Below, piece by piece: positions 10,739-21,598 of a stretch of 49,048 nt of DNA. Every line of letters starts with the position of its first letter. Positions within the stretch are counted from its first letter, which is position 1. The stretch comes from Geosiphon pyriformis uo1 (Eukaryota > Fungi > Glomeromycota), in contig JAAOMT010000392.1 in NCBI GenBank assembly GCA_016748015.1, positions 81,035 through 130,082 of the forward strand, written 5' to 3'. The notes beneath the pieces were generated by a model that worked only from the letters and a program-made list of their open reading frames with translations, was not told the DNA's origin and did not search any database. Position numbers and translations under genes: made by a program.

Positions 10739-11174
10739 TGTTACGGGTTTGAGTAATGGAAATAATAAAAAAGGAAATTCAATCAAAGAAACGAATTGAA
10801 TTTGTAAAGATTCAATGTGTGTAATCAATTTTAGAATCACTTAATTTTTTTTGGAAAATTTGAAAATAGAAAAATAGTTCATGATTGTTAATAAAATAAC
10901 ACTATTGCGATTATTTTATGTTTTACTTGGTGATTTTAAAAATCAATAATAGGTATTGTGCTTTTTAATTGTTTTTTTATTCAAAAAATTACAAAAGNNN
11001 NNNNNNNNNNNNNNNNNATTAATAATTAAGTTAATAATTAGATTAATAATCAAATTATTAATCAAATTAACAATTATTATCTGAAAATAAAATGGTTAAT
11101 TATATAATAATAAATAATTAATACATATAATATTAATAATAATTAAAACTTTAAAAATATTTAATTATATAATA
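10739..11174 (-). repeat. LTR fragment(s)/possible solo LTR related to the 11319-19022 family (spans a gap)
   Basis: TGTTACGGGTTTGAGTAA..gaattgaa..gattcaatgtg matches the start of LTR 11319. Bases 11018-11135 contain decayed 12-bp units and aaaataaaatggttaatt, matching the other end. Confidence 0.65.
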
Positions 11175-11318
11175 TTCAAAATTTTTATTTGTATTTTTAT
11201 AGTTGTTTTTTTAAGAGTTTTATGTTTTTTATAATTTTATTAAGTTAATTTAAAGCTTATTTGTTTTTTATATAAATTTTTTAATTATTTTTTTAATTAT
11301 ATTAAAAAACAATAATAT

Positions 11319-12056
11319 TGTTACAAGTTGGAGTAACAAGCTAATAGATAGCAAGGGAAAACAGAATTGTAGAGTGATAGAAATAATCAGAGAAAATTTA
11401 ACTTTAAAGAGTGAATTGAATGAGTATAGATTCAATGTGCAAGATCAGTCTTATAAAATATCTCAGTTGCTATACTTTTCAAAGATAACTAAGAAATCTG
11501 AAAGTAGAAGGATAGTCTGTACTGTCAACAAATGATCACATTTGGTATAATTCTATGCCTTACATCAGCACTCTTAGAATTCAATATCAAGTATCAGATA
11601 TGCTCTTTAGTCACATTTTATTTAATAATCTTCAAATGCTGCAATTACATGTTTCAGGAAAAGGGTAAGGAATAACCAACAAGTAATCTTTTATCTTTAA
11701 GATATTCAGATACTTGAAAGTAGAAAAAGAGAAATTAGTGATAAGAGAAAGATTGAGATAAAGTTGTTATTTTATTTCTTTTATTTCTTTGATTCTTTCA
11801 TGCTTTTCTATAGCTAAGAGATTTATTGCTTATATAGCTGTCAAAAGTAGTCAATAATCAGGTCAATAATCAGGTCAATAATTAGATCATTAATTAGGTC
11901 AATAATCAGGTCAATGATTAGGTCAATGATCAGGTCAACAGTCAAGTTATTGATCAAGTCAATAATCACTTACTAAAAATAGAGTGGCTAATTTATGTAA
12001 CATCAGTGGCTAATATATGTGATAATTAATAAAAAGTATAAGTTTCAACTATAACA
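11319..12056 (-). repeat. 3' LTR (738 bp)
   Basis: Direct repeat of 18381-19022. Preceded on the minus strand by PPT-like GGAGAAAATGA (12057-12067). Confidence 0.95.
11850..11969. repeat. 12-bp tandem array (GTCAATAATCAG consensus) x10 within LTR
   Basis: Ten units counted directly. Only two units occur in the partner LTR (18912-18935). Confidence 0.9.
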
Positions 12057-12682
12057 TCATTTTCTCCAAAGAGATTGAACTTCGGCAAAATCAAGCTATT
12101 TATGGTGTAATCTATTAGAAGGGTTTTATCTAACTCAAAGCTAACTAGTTTGTTGAAGTCTTTTGTAGATAAGGTATATAATACTTGAGGCGAAATGAGT
12201 TTTGTATCTAAGAGACCAAATCTTTGTATTAGAGTTTTGGCTCTTTTAGCAATAGTTAAAACTCTTGGGATATCTAACTGTATAATGCCCAAAATTTCTG
12301 CCTGTATCTCTGAAGTTGTTTTTTTTATGAGTTTTATATCCTCTATAATTTCACCAAGATGACCATAGAGTTCTAATTGTCTTTCATATGACAAGTTTTT
12401 GTCTATGGGTAAGATTTCTTGTAGTGTTTTTTCAATTGTGTTGGAAGGTGAGAGTATAGCTGCTGTTATACTTTCTAACAGATATTTATCCATTTTACTA
12501 CCAATTTTTTTTCTTCTGGTAGTGGTTTTCTTTGGTCTAATAATAGTATATGTTCTACTGTTATTAGTTATGGTGGTTTGTTTTCCAATGGTCAAAGTAG
12601 CATTTGGATAGTTTTTGATCCAATACTCATAAAGAGTATAGAAAGTGTTTTAAATGTTTTGATCCAGAAAATAATTGTTCAT
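12026..12682 (-). CDS. Extra ORF (ORF3) between integrase and 3' LTR, unknown function
   Basis: A 189-codon open frame (12026-12595). It extends in frame to an ATG at 12682 through one TAA (likely CAA>TAA). Same sense as pol; looks helical and soluble. Confidence 0.6.
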
Positions 12683-12809
12683 GTCAATTAAAAATACCTC
12701 TGTTTTGGGAATGATGTATTTATTTATACTTGATTTTTGCTGATTATTTGAGTCGGTATTACTATAACAAACAGCCAATTAGATCATTTATGATATTTCT
12801 TGAGTTGTG

Positions 12810-15800
12810 TACTGTGAACAGGATGATTATTAAAGATTGTTCCAGATTGATCTTGAAAAATATAAGAACCATTGTTTAAAACTTTGTTGACTATAAAGGG
12901 TCTTTTTCACCAGCTAGAAAATTTATTACCATAAACATTGTCTCTATCTGAATGGTATTCTAGTACCAAGTCACCAACACTTAAAGAAAGTGTTTTATAG
13001 ATTTTCTTTTTTTTAAGCTTTTCTTAGAACTGTTTTATCTTTTTAAAAGCAATTATTCATGCTTCTACCAAAAAGTCAAAAATAGTATTAAGTCTTTTTT
13101 GCAAAATGTCTTTGTAATTCCCTATTGTGATTTCTTTAAAGGGTATTGTTTTAATGTCAGTTTCTATTGGTAGCATTGCCATGCATCTATAAAACAGATA
13201 AAAAAATTTATAACTTGTTATGTCATGATTCACAGTTCGATAAGCAAACAAAGCTGAAGGCAGTGCTTTGTTTCATAAATTTGTTTCTTTACTGGTTTTG
13301 GTTAAAGTTTCACATAGTGTTCTATTGAAACGTTCCACTAGGCTATTTGTTTGGGGGTAATAAGGGGAGGAAAGTTTATGACATATTCTCATTTTTCTAC
13401 AAAGTTCTTCAACCAGTGTACTAAAAAAAGCTCTTCCTCTATCAAATAAAAGTTTTTTGGAACAGCCATAATGACAGATGATATTTTCATAAATAAAATT
13501 AGCTATTAAGACTGCTGTTTGGTCTGGGGTGGCTCTTGCTTCTACCTACTTTGTAAGATAGTCAATAGCTGTGATAATATATCTGTTGCCATCAGGAGTG
13601 ATTGTTAAAAGTCCAACAACATCTATACCAATTTTGTTAAATGGTTGACCAACAAAGATTGGATGGATATCTTCTTTGTGATTAGGTTTGTTTTTTCTTT
13701 GGCAGATGTCACAGGTTTTAATGTATTCAGCAATGTTTTTTTCCAAAGTAGGCCAATAATAATGAGCTAAAGTTTTCTGAATTGTTTTTGTTTTTCCAAA
13801 GTGTCTAGCTAATGGGTCAGTGTGCATGTTGTATATTACAATTTCTCTTTCTTCAAATCTGATAACTCTTTGGAGGCAGTCAGGATCTTTTCTGTTTCTT
13901 TTGTATAATTGGTTTTGGCGGATCAAATAGAAATTTGATTGTTTATACAAATGTTTTCTTTACTGTCAAGTGTATTCTGATGGATATTATCCTTTACCCA
14001 AAAATTTCATTAAAGCAGAGTAGTTGTTCAAGTCTATTATTGTGTTTGTTTGTGAAAAAGTTACTAATAATTAAGTTGGTTTGGTTTAAGAGGTTATACT
14101 GTTACTGGATGATAAGTTTAAAGAGAGCATTGGTGTTTTGATAATTTGCTCCTTTGTGGTGTTAAATATCATAGTTGAATTCATCTAAGTGGAGTATCTA
14201 GCAAGTTATTTGTTTGTGTTCCAGTTTCTTTTTCTTGTGCAGCCAAACCAAGACTTGATGATCTGTTATCACTAAGAATTTTGCATTAAGAAGATATTGG
14301 TCCCAGTAGTTAGTAGTCCAAACTACTGCTAAACATTCTTGTTCAGTAACTAAATAATTCTTTTCAACTGATGTGAGAGATCTATTGGCATATGCTATAG
14401 CATGTTTTTTGTCATTTTTGTTTTTCTGTGAAAAAACAGCACCAAGTCCATAGCCAGATGTATCAGTGTGAAGAATAAAAGGTTGATCCAGATCAGGTTG
14501 TTTGAGAATTGGTTCAGTAACAAGTTTTTCCTTTAAAAATTCAAAAGTTTTTTGTTAATGAGTGCTCCAGTGATAATTAACATTTTTTCTGAGTAGCTAA
14601 TTGAGAGGAAAGGCAATTTTGGAGAAATCCTTGATGAATTTGCGATAGTAAGAGGCCAAACCAAGGAAAAAATGTAGTTTAGGAACATTTATTGGTTGTC
14701 TAATGTTCTGAATTTTTTCAATTTTAGCTGAATCAGGAAAGATTCCATCTTTTGTAACAAAATAACCAAGAAATTGGGTGGATTAGTGTTCAAAGAAAGA
14801 TTTAATTGGATTGATCTTAAGGCCAGCATTTCTAAGGAGGTCAAAAACTTTCTGTAAATGTTTAAGATATTTATCCCAGGTTTTTGAATATACTATTATG
14901 TCATCCAAGTAAACCAGAACAAAGTTTTCTTTTACTGATTCAAATACTTTATCCATTAAGCATTAAAAGGTAAAAAGAGCATTAGTAAAACCAAAAAGCA
15001 TGACTGTGAATTTATAGGTGCCATACTTGATGATAAAGACAGTTTTTTTTCTGCTTTCTGAATCCATCTCTACTTGCCAGAATTCAGCAGTTAAGTCAAT
15101 GGTTGAGAAAAATACAGCACCATTGAATTTATTTAGCATTACATCAATCTTGAGAAGTGGGTATATGTCTCTTATAGTAATAGCATTTAATTGGCAGTAG
15201 TCAACACAAAAGCATAGAGTTCTACTTTTCTTAAATACCACTACAACTGGAAAAGCGTATTCACTCTTGGTTTCTTGTATGAATCCAAGATCTTTTATCC
15301 GGTTTATCTCTTTCTTGATAAACTCATCATTGTGTCAATTGGATTGATAAAGCTTCAAATGAATGGGATGAGTTTCTTTGATGGTGATGATGTGTTATAT
15401 TACATAGGTTTGTTCAGAGATATCACCTTCTTTTGAGATAACTGGGCTATTTCTAGCCAACAGATTTTCAATGTCCACTTTTTTTTCTTTAGGGGAAGGT
15501 TTTCTTTGTTCTATAACCAATGATTGGAGTTTAGATAGTTCATTCTCAAAAGACTTTTGTACTTCTTTGAGTTCTTCTCGAGGTATCAAACTAATTGGTT
15601 CCCAATTTTTGTAATAGATTAGGCAGGATTTGTATTTATCACTTGGTAAATACAAAGGTTTATTACACCAGTACTGTCCACAAAAGCCATGCCACCAATA
15701 ACTGTATTTGGCTTTCTTACTAGGTTTTCTGTTAAAGATTCTTTTGAGAATATCATAGTAGGGCCAACAAATTATTTTGCCATTCACCATGATTTCTTCT

Positions 15801-16550
15801 TTGTCAGCTTTAACATTGTCCAGTGGCTTGCCATTGCTGGTGAAGATAGTGTAGGCGAGTTTAGCAGTTTTTTCTTGTTCTTCTTGATTTTTATCATCAT
15901 TGCTTTCATCATTATCTGATTCATCTGATTGTTCTTCTTCTTTGTTCTGTTGAGTTACTAAAAGAGTTGTCCAATGTTGGCATTTAACCACAATAGGTTT
16001 CTCATCACATCTGATGGTTAGCTTACAAAGTTCATAATCAAGTAGTGCTTTGGCTTTCTTAAGCCATTTATTACCAACAATGATAGTGTACTCTTTTGCT
16101 TCAGACACTTTCATATCAGTTTTAATACTGATACCATTAATGTGGACAGGAATAGCTTTGGCTATGCTCAGGCCTTTCTTCTTGTCACCATGTATATTGA
16201 TCATTGGTCTTGTGGAGACTCATTAATCTTTCTGCCAATTGTTTTAGGAAAATGTTTGGCAATTACACTAACAGATGATCTACTGTCTAAAATCAGATCA
16301 ATAAAGTATCCAGCCACTTGGGCTTTACAAATCAGAGAGGTGACATTGCTGTTATCAGCAAGTCCAGCTTGGTGAGGGCATTTGTTGGTCTTTGGTGTTT
16401 TTTTTTTGGTATCAATGATTTGTGAAGATTTTTTCTGAACTGTGGATGGATCATCAATTGGCCAAATGTAATTTGTGCAAGAGTTTCTATGAGATTTTTA
16501 ACAACAGAATAGGGGCCAAATTTTTGTACTATTTTTGGAAGTTTCAACTT
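12810..16550 (-). pseudogene. Gypsy pol (protease, RT, RNase H, integrase), disrupted
   Basis: LILDSR (DSG>DSR, ~16285), FCVDY..YPL, VYLDD (~14905), FILHTDTSGYGLGAV (~14460), HTDPLARH..CDIC, IGIDVVG, VERFNRTLC (~13330). Confidence 0.93.
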
Positions 16551-16559
16551 TGGGGAATT

Positions 16560-18340
16560 TTTAAAAACTTTAGCCTTTAGCAGCTCATTGTTATCAGCAG
16601 TTGATGTGGAGACTTTTTTTGGATCTAGAACAAAATCAACTTTGGCTTTCTTCTTCTTTCTGGTTGATTCAGAAGTGTTAATTGCTAATTCATCTATGTT
16701 ATGATCATCATTAATTATGTTAAAAGTATAAAAGAGGTTTTCTTCTGGTTGGCTTGTACTTTTACCCTTTGGAGATGCGTTTACCAGTTTAAAGACTGAT
16801 AAACAGTAATTTCAACTAAAGGATTCTTTCCAAAGAAATTGATGTTGGCATAATTGGGTCTTTGATTGAGAACATTATTATTGTTAGATCTATTATTCTG
16901 GGTGTCATTATTTCTGGGAGCTGAAGGAGGCAATGAAGGATTGTTACAGTCTCTGGAAAAGTTTTCAGTTAGTCCACAGTGATAGTACATAGATGGGCTA
17001 TGATTTTGTTGTCTTTAATATGGTGGTTGCTGGGCCTGATTGAAGCAGAGTTTAAATTTAGGTCTTTGGGGTTGCTGGTTGTCTCTGACTGCTTGGGCCA
17101 ATGGTTCTAATAGCTGGGCAAAATTAGCTGTAAGTCTATCTATTAACTGTTCATTTGGGTCTTGAGTTTGGGCAGCAAAAGAGGTAGCAGCCATTTGGGA
17201 AGCAGAAGCCATAACAGAAGCAGAAGCAAAAACTAAAAGTGTGGATCCTAAGTGCATTCTTTGATTGTCTTCTATTCTTTGAGCAAGTTCAATGGCCATA
17301 TTCATTGTGGGATTATTTTTCAAGACCAAGAGGGGCCAAAGAGCATATGATAGATCAGTTCTCAGTCCTTTTGTAAAAGAATGTATTTTCTGCTTTTCTG
17401 TCTAATTTCTTCTAAAGTCTACCTATTTAATGAGTTTTTTTATTGCTTTGGCATATTTTGTCACAACCTTACCAGGGCCTTGAGTTCTTTTTTCTAATTC
17501 TATATGCCATTTTGAGATTAAGATGGAAGTTCTAAATTTCATTTCAAACTGGGTAGTGAAAGAGATGTTGTTTTCTCCAGCATTTGCTGGTGCCCATTTA
17601 ATGATTCTTTGTTAAGCATTGACATTGGTTTCTTGTGAGAACCAAGTAGCAAGAGAGCCTTGAAGGTAGCCACCAATGATTTGAAACTTGTATTCATTAT
17701 CATATTGGTTTGCTGTGGCAGCTTTCTCAAAATTATCCAGCCATTCAATTGGATCTTGGGCATCACCTCTGAATAATGGTAATAGGGTGTTGTTTTTTTG
17801 CCCTAAAGCAGTCTATATACCTTGAAGGGCGATCAGAATGTTTTGTTGCAGAGGGTTTTGAGCCATTGGTTCAGGTATAACTGTTTGTGTGAAGTGTTCT
17901 GATTCACTTGAAAAGAGATCAAAAACAGGAGTGGTTTGATAGCTTTTTTCTTCTGTTTCAAGAGGAGTTTTTGTTAATTGATGAGCAGCAATCCAAATGT
18001 GGATTTGATGATTCAAATATTCAAAATCAGGGGGCTGTTGTTCAAAGGTTGTTGAGTATAAAAGTTGATTAATGCTGTTGTTTCTTTCTTCACAGTTGTC
18101 TTTAAAATAAGCTTGGTCAAAGTAATAGGTTGTATAAGCTGTTTCAGCTGAATGCTTATTCAAGAACCAGTTCCAAAAGTCTTGGAATTGTCTGCTAGAT
18201 TGTTTTTCAATGGGAAAGCAAATCAAGCAGAAGGGCAAAGAATTGAGTTCAATAAAGTCTAAATTGTTTTTGTTGTGTGCTTCAAAGTGTTCTTCTGATT
18301 GTTATGGCAGATATGAATAATTACCCATACAATAGCAAAC
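16560..18340 (-). pseudogene. Gypsy gag, disrupted
   Basis: Fragments 17813-18238, 17539-17766, 17015-17329 and 16781-16990. Capsid-like DPIEWLDNFEKAATAN on the minus strand at ~17715-17760. Decayed knuckle YYHCGLTENFSRDC. Confidence 0.85.
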
Positions 18341-18357
18341 AAAGTGGATTTTGACAA

Positions 18358-18374
18358 CCTTACAGGAAGCACCA
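18358..18374 (-). promoter_or_regulatory. Primer-binding site
   Basis: TGGTGCTTCCTGTAAGG lies 6 nt inside the 5' LTR and is complementary to a tRNA 3' end (...AGGAAGCACCA). tRNA identity not determined. Confidence 0.75.
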
Positions 18375-18380
18375 CTTTTA

Positions 18381-19022
18381 TGTTACAGGTTGGAGTAACA
18401 AGCTAATGAATAGCAAAGAAGAACAGGATTGTAGAGTGATGAAAATAATCAAAGAAAATTCAACTTCAAAGAGCGAATTGAATAAGTATGGATTCAATGT
18501 ACAAGATTAGTCTCATAAAATATCTCAGTCACTATACTTTTCAAAGGTAACTAGGAAATCTGAAGGTAGAGAGATAGTCCGTATTGTCAACAAATGATTA
18601 CACTTGGTATAATTCTATGCCTCACGTTAGCACTCTTAGAATTTAATATCAAGTATCAGATGTGTTCTTCAGTCACGTTTTATTCAATAATTTTCAAATA
18701 CTGCAATTACACATTTCAGAAAAAGGGTAAGAAATAACTAACAAGTAATTTTTTATCTTTAAAATGTTCAGATACTTGAAAGTAGAAAAAGAGAAATTAG
18801 CAATAAGAAAAAAATTGAGATGAAGTTGTTATTTTATTTTTTTTATTGCTTTGATTTTTTCATGCTTTTCTACAGCTAAAAAATTCATCACTTATATAGC
18901 TGTCAAAAGTTGTCAATGATTAGGTTAATGATCACTTACTAAAAATAGAGTGGCTAATTTATATAACATCAGTGGTTAATACATATGATAATTAATAAAA
19001 AGTATAAGTTTTAACTATAACA
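18381..19022 (-). repeat. 5' LTR (642 bp)
   Basis: Direct repeat of 11319-12056 lacking 8 x 12-bp units. Confidence 0.95.
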
Positions 19023-19189
19023 ATATAATTATTATTATATATTTAAGTATATATTTATCTATTTTATTATTAATTTTTTTTTATTAATAATTTTTTTGAC
19101 TTAATAATAGTATGTATTTTATTATTATTAATTATAATAATTTGTTTAATAATTAAAATAGTATTTAAATAACTTTTGGTTTAACTTTT

Positions 19190-19470
19190 ATTATTATTAT
19201 TAATAAATACAACTTAATCACTATATAGTATACAGAAACAAACTAAATAAATCTAACTAGATATAACTTATATATTTGCTATATATAACCAGTTATTTAA
19301 GTCAATCAAAACAATATTACATTTTTATATAAACTTCTGTACTATTGTTTATGCTTGAAAAAAACAAACACATTTTATACAGACCAAAACTAACTACAAA
19401 AAACTTAACAATACCAAGCAAATAAACTATTCTAGTTAACAAAAAACCAGATTGATCATAAAAGCCATTA
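19190..19470 (-). mobile_element. Short 5'-truncated LINE 3' end
   Basis: The reverse complement encodes IVYLLGIVKFFVVSFGLYKMCLFFSSINNSTEVYIKM* (cf. VVYLLSVVEFFAVSFGRHRLCHFFSG.. at 28135-28247), followed by a decayed tail. Confidence 0.8.
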
Positions 19471-20116
19471 GGTAAAATTTTTATTATTATTGTTATTTAT
19501 AGAAAAAAAATACAAAAAAGAGATAAGAAAAACAAATCATAAAAATAGACTAATAAAAAAATAGTACTTAACAAGTAAACATATTTTTAGAAAATTATGA
19601 CATATTTTTAGAAATANNNNNNNNNNNNNNNNNNNNNNNNNNNNNNNNNNNNNNNNNNNNNNNNNNNNNNNNNNNNNNNNNNNNNNNNNNNNNNNNNNNN
19701 NNNNNNNNNNNNNNNNNNNNNNNNNNNNNNNNNNNNNNNNNNNNNNNNNNNNNNNNNNNNNNNNNNNNNNNNNNNNNNNNNNNNNNNNNNNNNNNNNNNN
19801 NNNNNNNNNNNNNNNNNNNNNNNNNNNNNNNNNNNNNNNNNNNNNNNNNNNNNNNNNNNNNNNNNNNNNNNNNNNNNNNNNNNNNNNNNNNNNNNNNNNN
19901 NNNNNNNNNNNNNNNNNNNNNNNNNNNNNNNNNNNNNNNNNNNNNNNNNNNNNNNNNNNNNNNNNNNNNNNNNNNNNNNNNNNNNNNNNNNNNNNNNNNN
20001 NNNNNNNNNNNNNNNNNNNNNNNNNNNNNNNNNNNNNNNNNNNNNNNNNNNNNNNNNNNNNNNNNNNNNNNNNNNNNNNNNNNNNNNNNNNNNNNNNNNN
20101 NNNNNNNNNNNNNNNA

Positions 20117-20510
20117 ATTTATTGTAAATTTGTTTTTGTATAGCTTTAAGAATAAGATTTGTTGTTTCAAATTTCGAATGTCTACTCTTATTTTTGGGTT
20201 TTTTATCAGTGCTATTTTTGATGTTAGTACTTTATGCATTAATTCTTTAATCAGTTAGTAAAGCAACAAAACAACAAAATAAAAATAAATAAATAAATAA
20301 AAGAAAAGAAAAAATTAATATCCTGTTAATAGCCATGATCAAAAGCTATTGTTTCAGTATACTTAAGTGTTGAATGTTATCAACATAAAGTATTAATAAT
20401 GAAAGAGTAATGAAAATTTTTAATTAAATAATAATAATATAGATTAAATGATAATAAGTATGTTTTATTTAATATGGTTAATAAATTCATTTTAGTTAAC
20501 AGTAACTATA
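20117..20510 (-). repeat. LTR fragment of the 779-1597 family on a small contig
   Basis: The reverse complement shares ttaacaggatattaattttt, a T-rich tract and aacatcaaaaata..ctgataaaaaacccaaaaataaga with 1205-1360. Confidence 0.7.
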
Positions 20511-20602
20511 TGTGAAGTAAGAACTAATTAATAGATAAAAAAAAAAGCTAAATTAAAACTGAACTGAATTCTGTTTTTTTTTNNNNNNNNNNNNNNNNNN
20601 NN

Positions 20603-20881
20603 TGTACTATTGTTATGCTTAAAAAAAACAAACACATTTTATACAGACCAAAACTAACTACAAAAAACTTAACAATACCAAGCAAATAAGTTATTCTAGT
20701 TAACAAAAAACCAGATTGATCATAAAAGCCATTAGGCGAAATTTTTATTATTATTGTTATTTATAGAAAAAAAATACAAAAAAAGAGATAAGAAAAACAA
20801 ATCATAAAAATAGACTAATAAGAAAATAGTACTTAACAAGTAAACATATTTTTAGAAAATTATAACATATTTTTAGAAATA
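20603..20881 (+). repeat. Near-identical direct copy of 19338-19616
   Basis: ~280 bp align with about 7 transitions and 2 single-base indels. Both copies abut N-gaps. Confidence 0.9.
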
Positions 20882-21598
20882 TTGTTACCAAAGTTTTTGG
20901 TCTTTTTTTTAAATGTTGTTAATGTCTGTTTATTATAAATTCACATTTTTGAAAACTGTTAAATCTCTGATAACTGAATTTATTTTTAAATTATCTTCTA
21001 TAATTTAAAATACTGGATTTATAAGTAGAATAGCTGATTTTATGCCAATTACTTTATAATAAAAGTCAACTTTTTTTTAGAAATTACTTATCTAAAAGCT
21101 TACTAAAAATGTGTAATTACTTTGCTATAAAAATTAACTTTTTTACAAGAATTTNNNNNNNNNNNNNNNNNNNNAAGTTTTAATTATGAATAAACCTTAA
21201 TATTAAACATTTATTAAAAATAATTGGCTTTTCAAGACCAATACAAACTTAGATTAAAAAACCCAAAAACTTAAAATTTCATATTAAAAACAATATATTA
21301 GAGTGCTTGTTATATGTAGTACTTTTAACAAATAATCAAAAAAAGCCTCTATGTTCGAATTTAAAAAAAAAAGAAATACCAATTACTAAAACCTATATAA
21401 CTTTTGAATTAATATTTAATTGGACTAAAAAAACAAAAATTTTTTAAAGAAATTAGTAGTTGAAATAAAGTTTGGTATTATAAATTAGAATTACAGAAAC
21501 AACTATTTTATATTTTACTTAAGTGTAAAAACTGCAACAAAAAGCATATTTAAAAAACTTCTTTCTCTTCTTTGTTCTAATTTCCCAAAGAGCAAATT

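Larger units (their letters stand above)
11319..19022 (-). mobile_element. Structurally complete Ty3/Gypsy LTR retrotransposon (gag-PR-RT-RH-IN-ORF3), inactivated; no dUTPase
   Basis: Paired LTRs TGTTA...TAACA, 4-bp TSD ATAT (11315-11318 / 19023-19026), PBS, PPT, and Gypsy domain order. Confidence 0.95.

Noticed and set aside
11850-11969. Possible CRISPR-like array
   Set aside because: The 12-bp units are contiguous with no spacers, lie inside an LTR, are in a eukaryotic context, and have no cas genes.
12026-12595. ORF3 as a retroviral env gene
   Set aside because: It is too short and has no signal peptide, cleavage site/fusion peptide or transmembrane anchor.
19595-20239. Long ORFs here and at 38780-39340 and 41304-41735
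   Set aside because: They are open only because they run through N-gaps.
20882-21550. AT-rich segment possibly a further TE relic
   Set aside because: I could not match it to any motif or to another repeat in the window.
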